From Paraspadella gotoi (Eukaryota; Animalia; Chaetognatha): DNA of 64,000 bases. A model generated the notes under the pieces. That model was not told the origin of the DNA, ran no database searches, and saw nothing but the letters and a program-made list of their open reading frames with translations. The translations under genes and the position numbers were made by a program. Every line of letters begins with the position of its first letter. The first letter of the stretch is position 1. Location: NCBI GenBank assembly GCA_051294375.1, contig CM119263.1, positions 24,285,657-24,349,656 on the forward strand. Direction: 5' to 3'. Below, in pieces: positions 62,111-64,000 of this stretch.

Positions 62111-62540
62111 GCCGCGCCCCTAGTCGGTCGGTCCGTCATGCGCATCCCGTTGCAACAGGAAGATGATGGAATCCTGAAGAGACGATGTTCACTTGTCTCC
62201 ATTCTCATTGCCGGGATTTTGTTCAGTTGGTCGAACCGCGTGTTATTCTTGTGAATTTAGGCTATATTTGATTATCAACAGGTACTTACAACATCGCCGT
62301 CGTCAGTCTTCTTGTTTTCCGAATTTTATTAGCTCATCGTCGATTGATATATTGTTCGGTTTGGCGCCAACACAGAAACTGGTAGATTTCCTTTCGTTTG
62401 GCAATGCATTGGCAATCCTCCTGCATGACTTCTAAGCCCGCATCAAATCTATTAATTCTTTGAGCAGTTAAATTATCTCGGATTGGATTTTATTTTATTT
62501 TTTATATTTTTTTTAGTTTTTCTTTTGATATACATTCGCA

Positions 62541-63942
62541 ATGACTTCGGTATCAATCAACGCGCTGAGTGCGATGCTCAGTTCGACATCAGTGGCCGGC
62601 AACGAAGTCAGTTTCGAAGGCCAAGGACTCAAACTGAACAGTCCCGAAGATGCCAAAGTCGTTATCGATGCCATCGACAGATGCGAGAACTTAAATATTT
62701 TGAAGTTGGAAGGAAACACTTTGGGAGTGGAAGCCGCTGAGGCGATCGCCAAGGCCTTAGAACGACATCCCGAATTTGAGCGCGCGCTGTGGAAGGATAT
62801 GTTTACGGGAAGATTAAAGACAGAAATACCTCCCGCACTACAGCATCTGGGAGGCGCGATCGTTTCCGCCGGCGCTCATTTGGTCGAGCTCGACCTCAGT
62901 GACAATGCATTTGGTCCCATCGGAATCGACGCGGTGGCAGCATTGCTCGAAAGCGCCAGCGCGTATACTTTGCAGGAATTAAAGTTTAACAACCAAGGTT
63001 TGATGAATAATATATTATGGCAACAGCCGGGTTGCCTGTTGATGCCCATTGGGATGGGGCATTCTCACTGTTGGCTTTGGGGTTTCCGACCCTCAGTGAC
63101 GCCTCCAGTCACTGGCGCGGTTACCCTAGGACGGTCTCGCTTTGCCAACGCAGAGGGAAGTCGTTAGGACTGTGGATGGAACACTACGCCTGGGATGGTG
63201 TGTTCCCCCTCTGAGTCAATGGATTTGGCTGATGGATGGTGGACGTGAGGCGGTGTGAATATACCGCCACAGGATCCCCGGGCCAAGACATCACTCAGGT
63301 TCCTCAAGCCTGAGAGGTGTCTGACAAGACTGTTACCATAGTGGAGAGAGAGAGAGAGAGCGCGAGTTGTGGGGGCATAGGCGTTTGTCGTAGCGTACCC
63401 CAGGGGCATAGGCGTTTGTCGTAGCGTACCCAAAGTCGGCAGGGCATAGGCGTTTGTCGTAGCGTACCCTGAGAAGGTTGCGTGTTCGATAGTAGGGCTC
63501 CCACCACTTATGGCAACAGCCGGGTTGCCTGTGATGCCCATTGGGATGGGGCATCTCACTGTTGGCTTTGGGGGCTTCCGACCCTCAGTGACACCTCCAG
63601 TCACTGGCGCGGTTACCCTAGGACGGTCTCGCTTTGCCAACGCAGAGGGAAGTCGTTAGGACTGTGGATGGAACACTACGCCTGGGATGGTTGTTCCCCC
63701 TCTGAGCCAATGGATTTGGCTGATGGATGGTGGACGTGAGGCGGTGTGAATATACCGCCACAATATACTTATTAAAAGTTGAAAATAAAGCTATTTAAAA
63801 TTGTTTTTCGAAGGTATGGGAATAGGCGGCGGAAAGCGACTCGCCAAATGTCTCATAACGTCACATATTCGAGGCTCGTCCGCCGGGACGCCTTTGAAGT
63901 TGAAAGTCTTTATTGCCGGAAGAAACCGATTAGAAAATCCTG
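62541..63942 (+). CDS. RANGAP1: Ran GTPase-activating protein 1, 5' part; intron 62998-63813; continues beyond the window
   Basis: LEGNTLGVEAA, WKDMFTGRLKTEIP, LDLSDNAFGP, NNQG|MGIGGG and LKVFIAGRNRLEN. Confidence 0.92.
63070..63149 (-). ncRNA. Type-P5 twister ribozyme candidate, 3' LTR (L4 AAGC changed to AAAC)
   Basis: Same fold as the 5' LTR copy, but a G>A change breaks one T2 pair. Confidence 0.6.
63373..63469. repeat. Three exact 28-bp direct repeats in the internal region of the LTR element
   Basis: GGGCATAGGCGTTTGTCGTAGCGTACCC at 63373, 63404 and 63442. Confidence 0.9.
63561..63641 (-). ncRNA. Type-P5 twister ribozyme candidate, 5' LTR (consensus core)
   Basis: GTTGGC AAA GCGA GA CCG TCCTAGGG TAA CCGC GC CAGTGAC-TGGAGGT-GTCACTG AGGG T CGG AA GC CCCC AAA GCCAAC. 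Predicted U^A cleavage between 63615 and 63614. Confidence 0.8.
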
Positions 63943-64000
63943 GTATGATATCGACTTTAGAATTAGAAATACCGTATTTGTACTTCACATGAGCGAATAT

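Larger units (their letters stand above)
63016..63762 (-). mobile_element. 747-bp non-coding LTR element (TRIM/retrozyme-like) in the RANGAP1 intron
   Basis: Direct repeats 63016-63271 and 63509-63762 with minus-strand termini TGTGGC...GCCATA. TSD ATAT (63012-63015 and 63763-63766). PBS-like TGGTGGGAGCCC 2 nt after the 5' LTR. No credible ORF. Confidence 0.88.

Noticed and set aside
63373-63469. 28-bp direct repeats resembling a mini CRISPR array
   Set aside because: Spacers are only 3 and 10 nt, the context is a eukaryotic intron inside an LTR element, and there are no cas genes.
63017-63739. ORFs of 63-158 aa in the LTR element and similar ORFs at 1490-1705 and 42283-42654
   Set aside because: Frames are not conserved between copies (indels) and there are no gag/pol motifs.

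Overview
Gene-dense, AT-rich eukaryotic (invertebrate-animal-like) DNA with short introns. Nineteen consecutive protein-coding genes lie on the minus strand: CLCN7, TPGS1, BMP1/tolloid, YDJC, TMEM214, a Cys/His-rich zinc-finger gene, MMAB, HYLS1, two QSOX paralogs, GOSR1, IDH3G, PLPBP, MKNK, DYNC1I, an unknown ORF, CYB561D2, MAGI and a follistatin/Kazal gene. Many gaps are only 140-330 bp. A GC-rich strand-switch island follows, then RANGAP1 on the plus strand. Introns carry many small non-autonomous elements. The main finding is six sequences fitting the type-P5 twister self-cleaving ribozyme fold, in three different small intronic elements. One is a 747-bp non-coding LTR element (4-bp TSD, PBS, a twister in each LTR), also present as a solo LTR and a truncated LTR, i.e. 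a candidate 'twister retrozyme'. The other two are tRNA-headed SINE-like elements. The T1 pseudoknot covaries across the three (CGG/CCG, CCG/CGG, CCA/UGG). All of this was read by eye: gene spans run from start to stop codon including introns, and ribozyme activity is untested.
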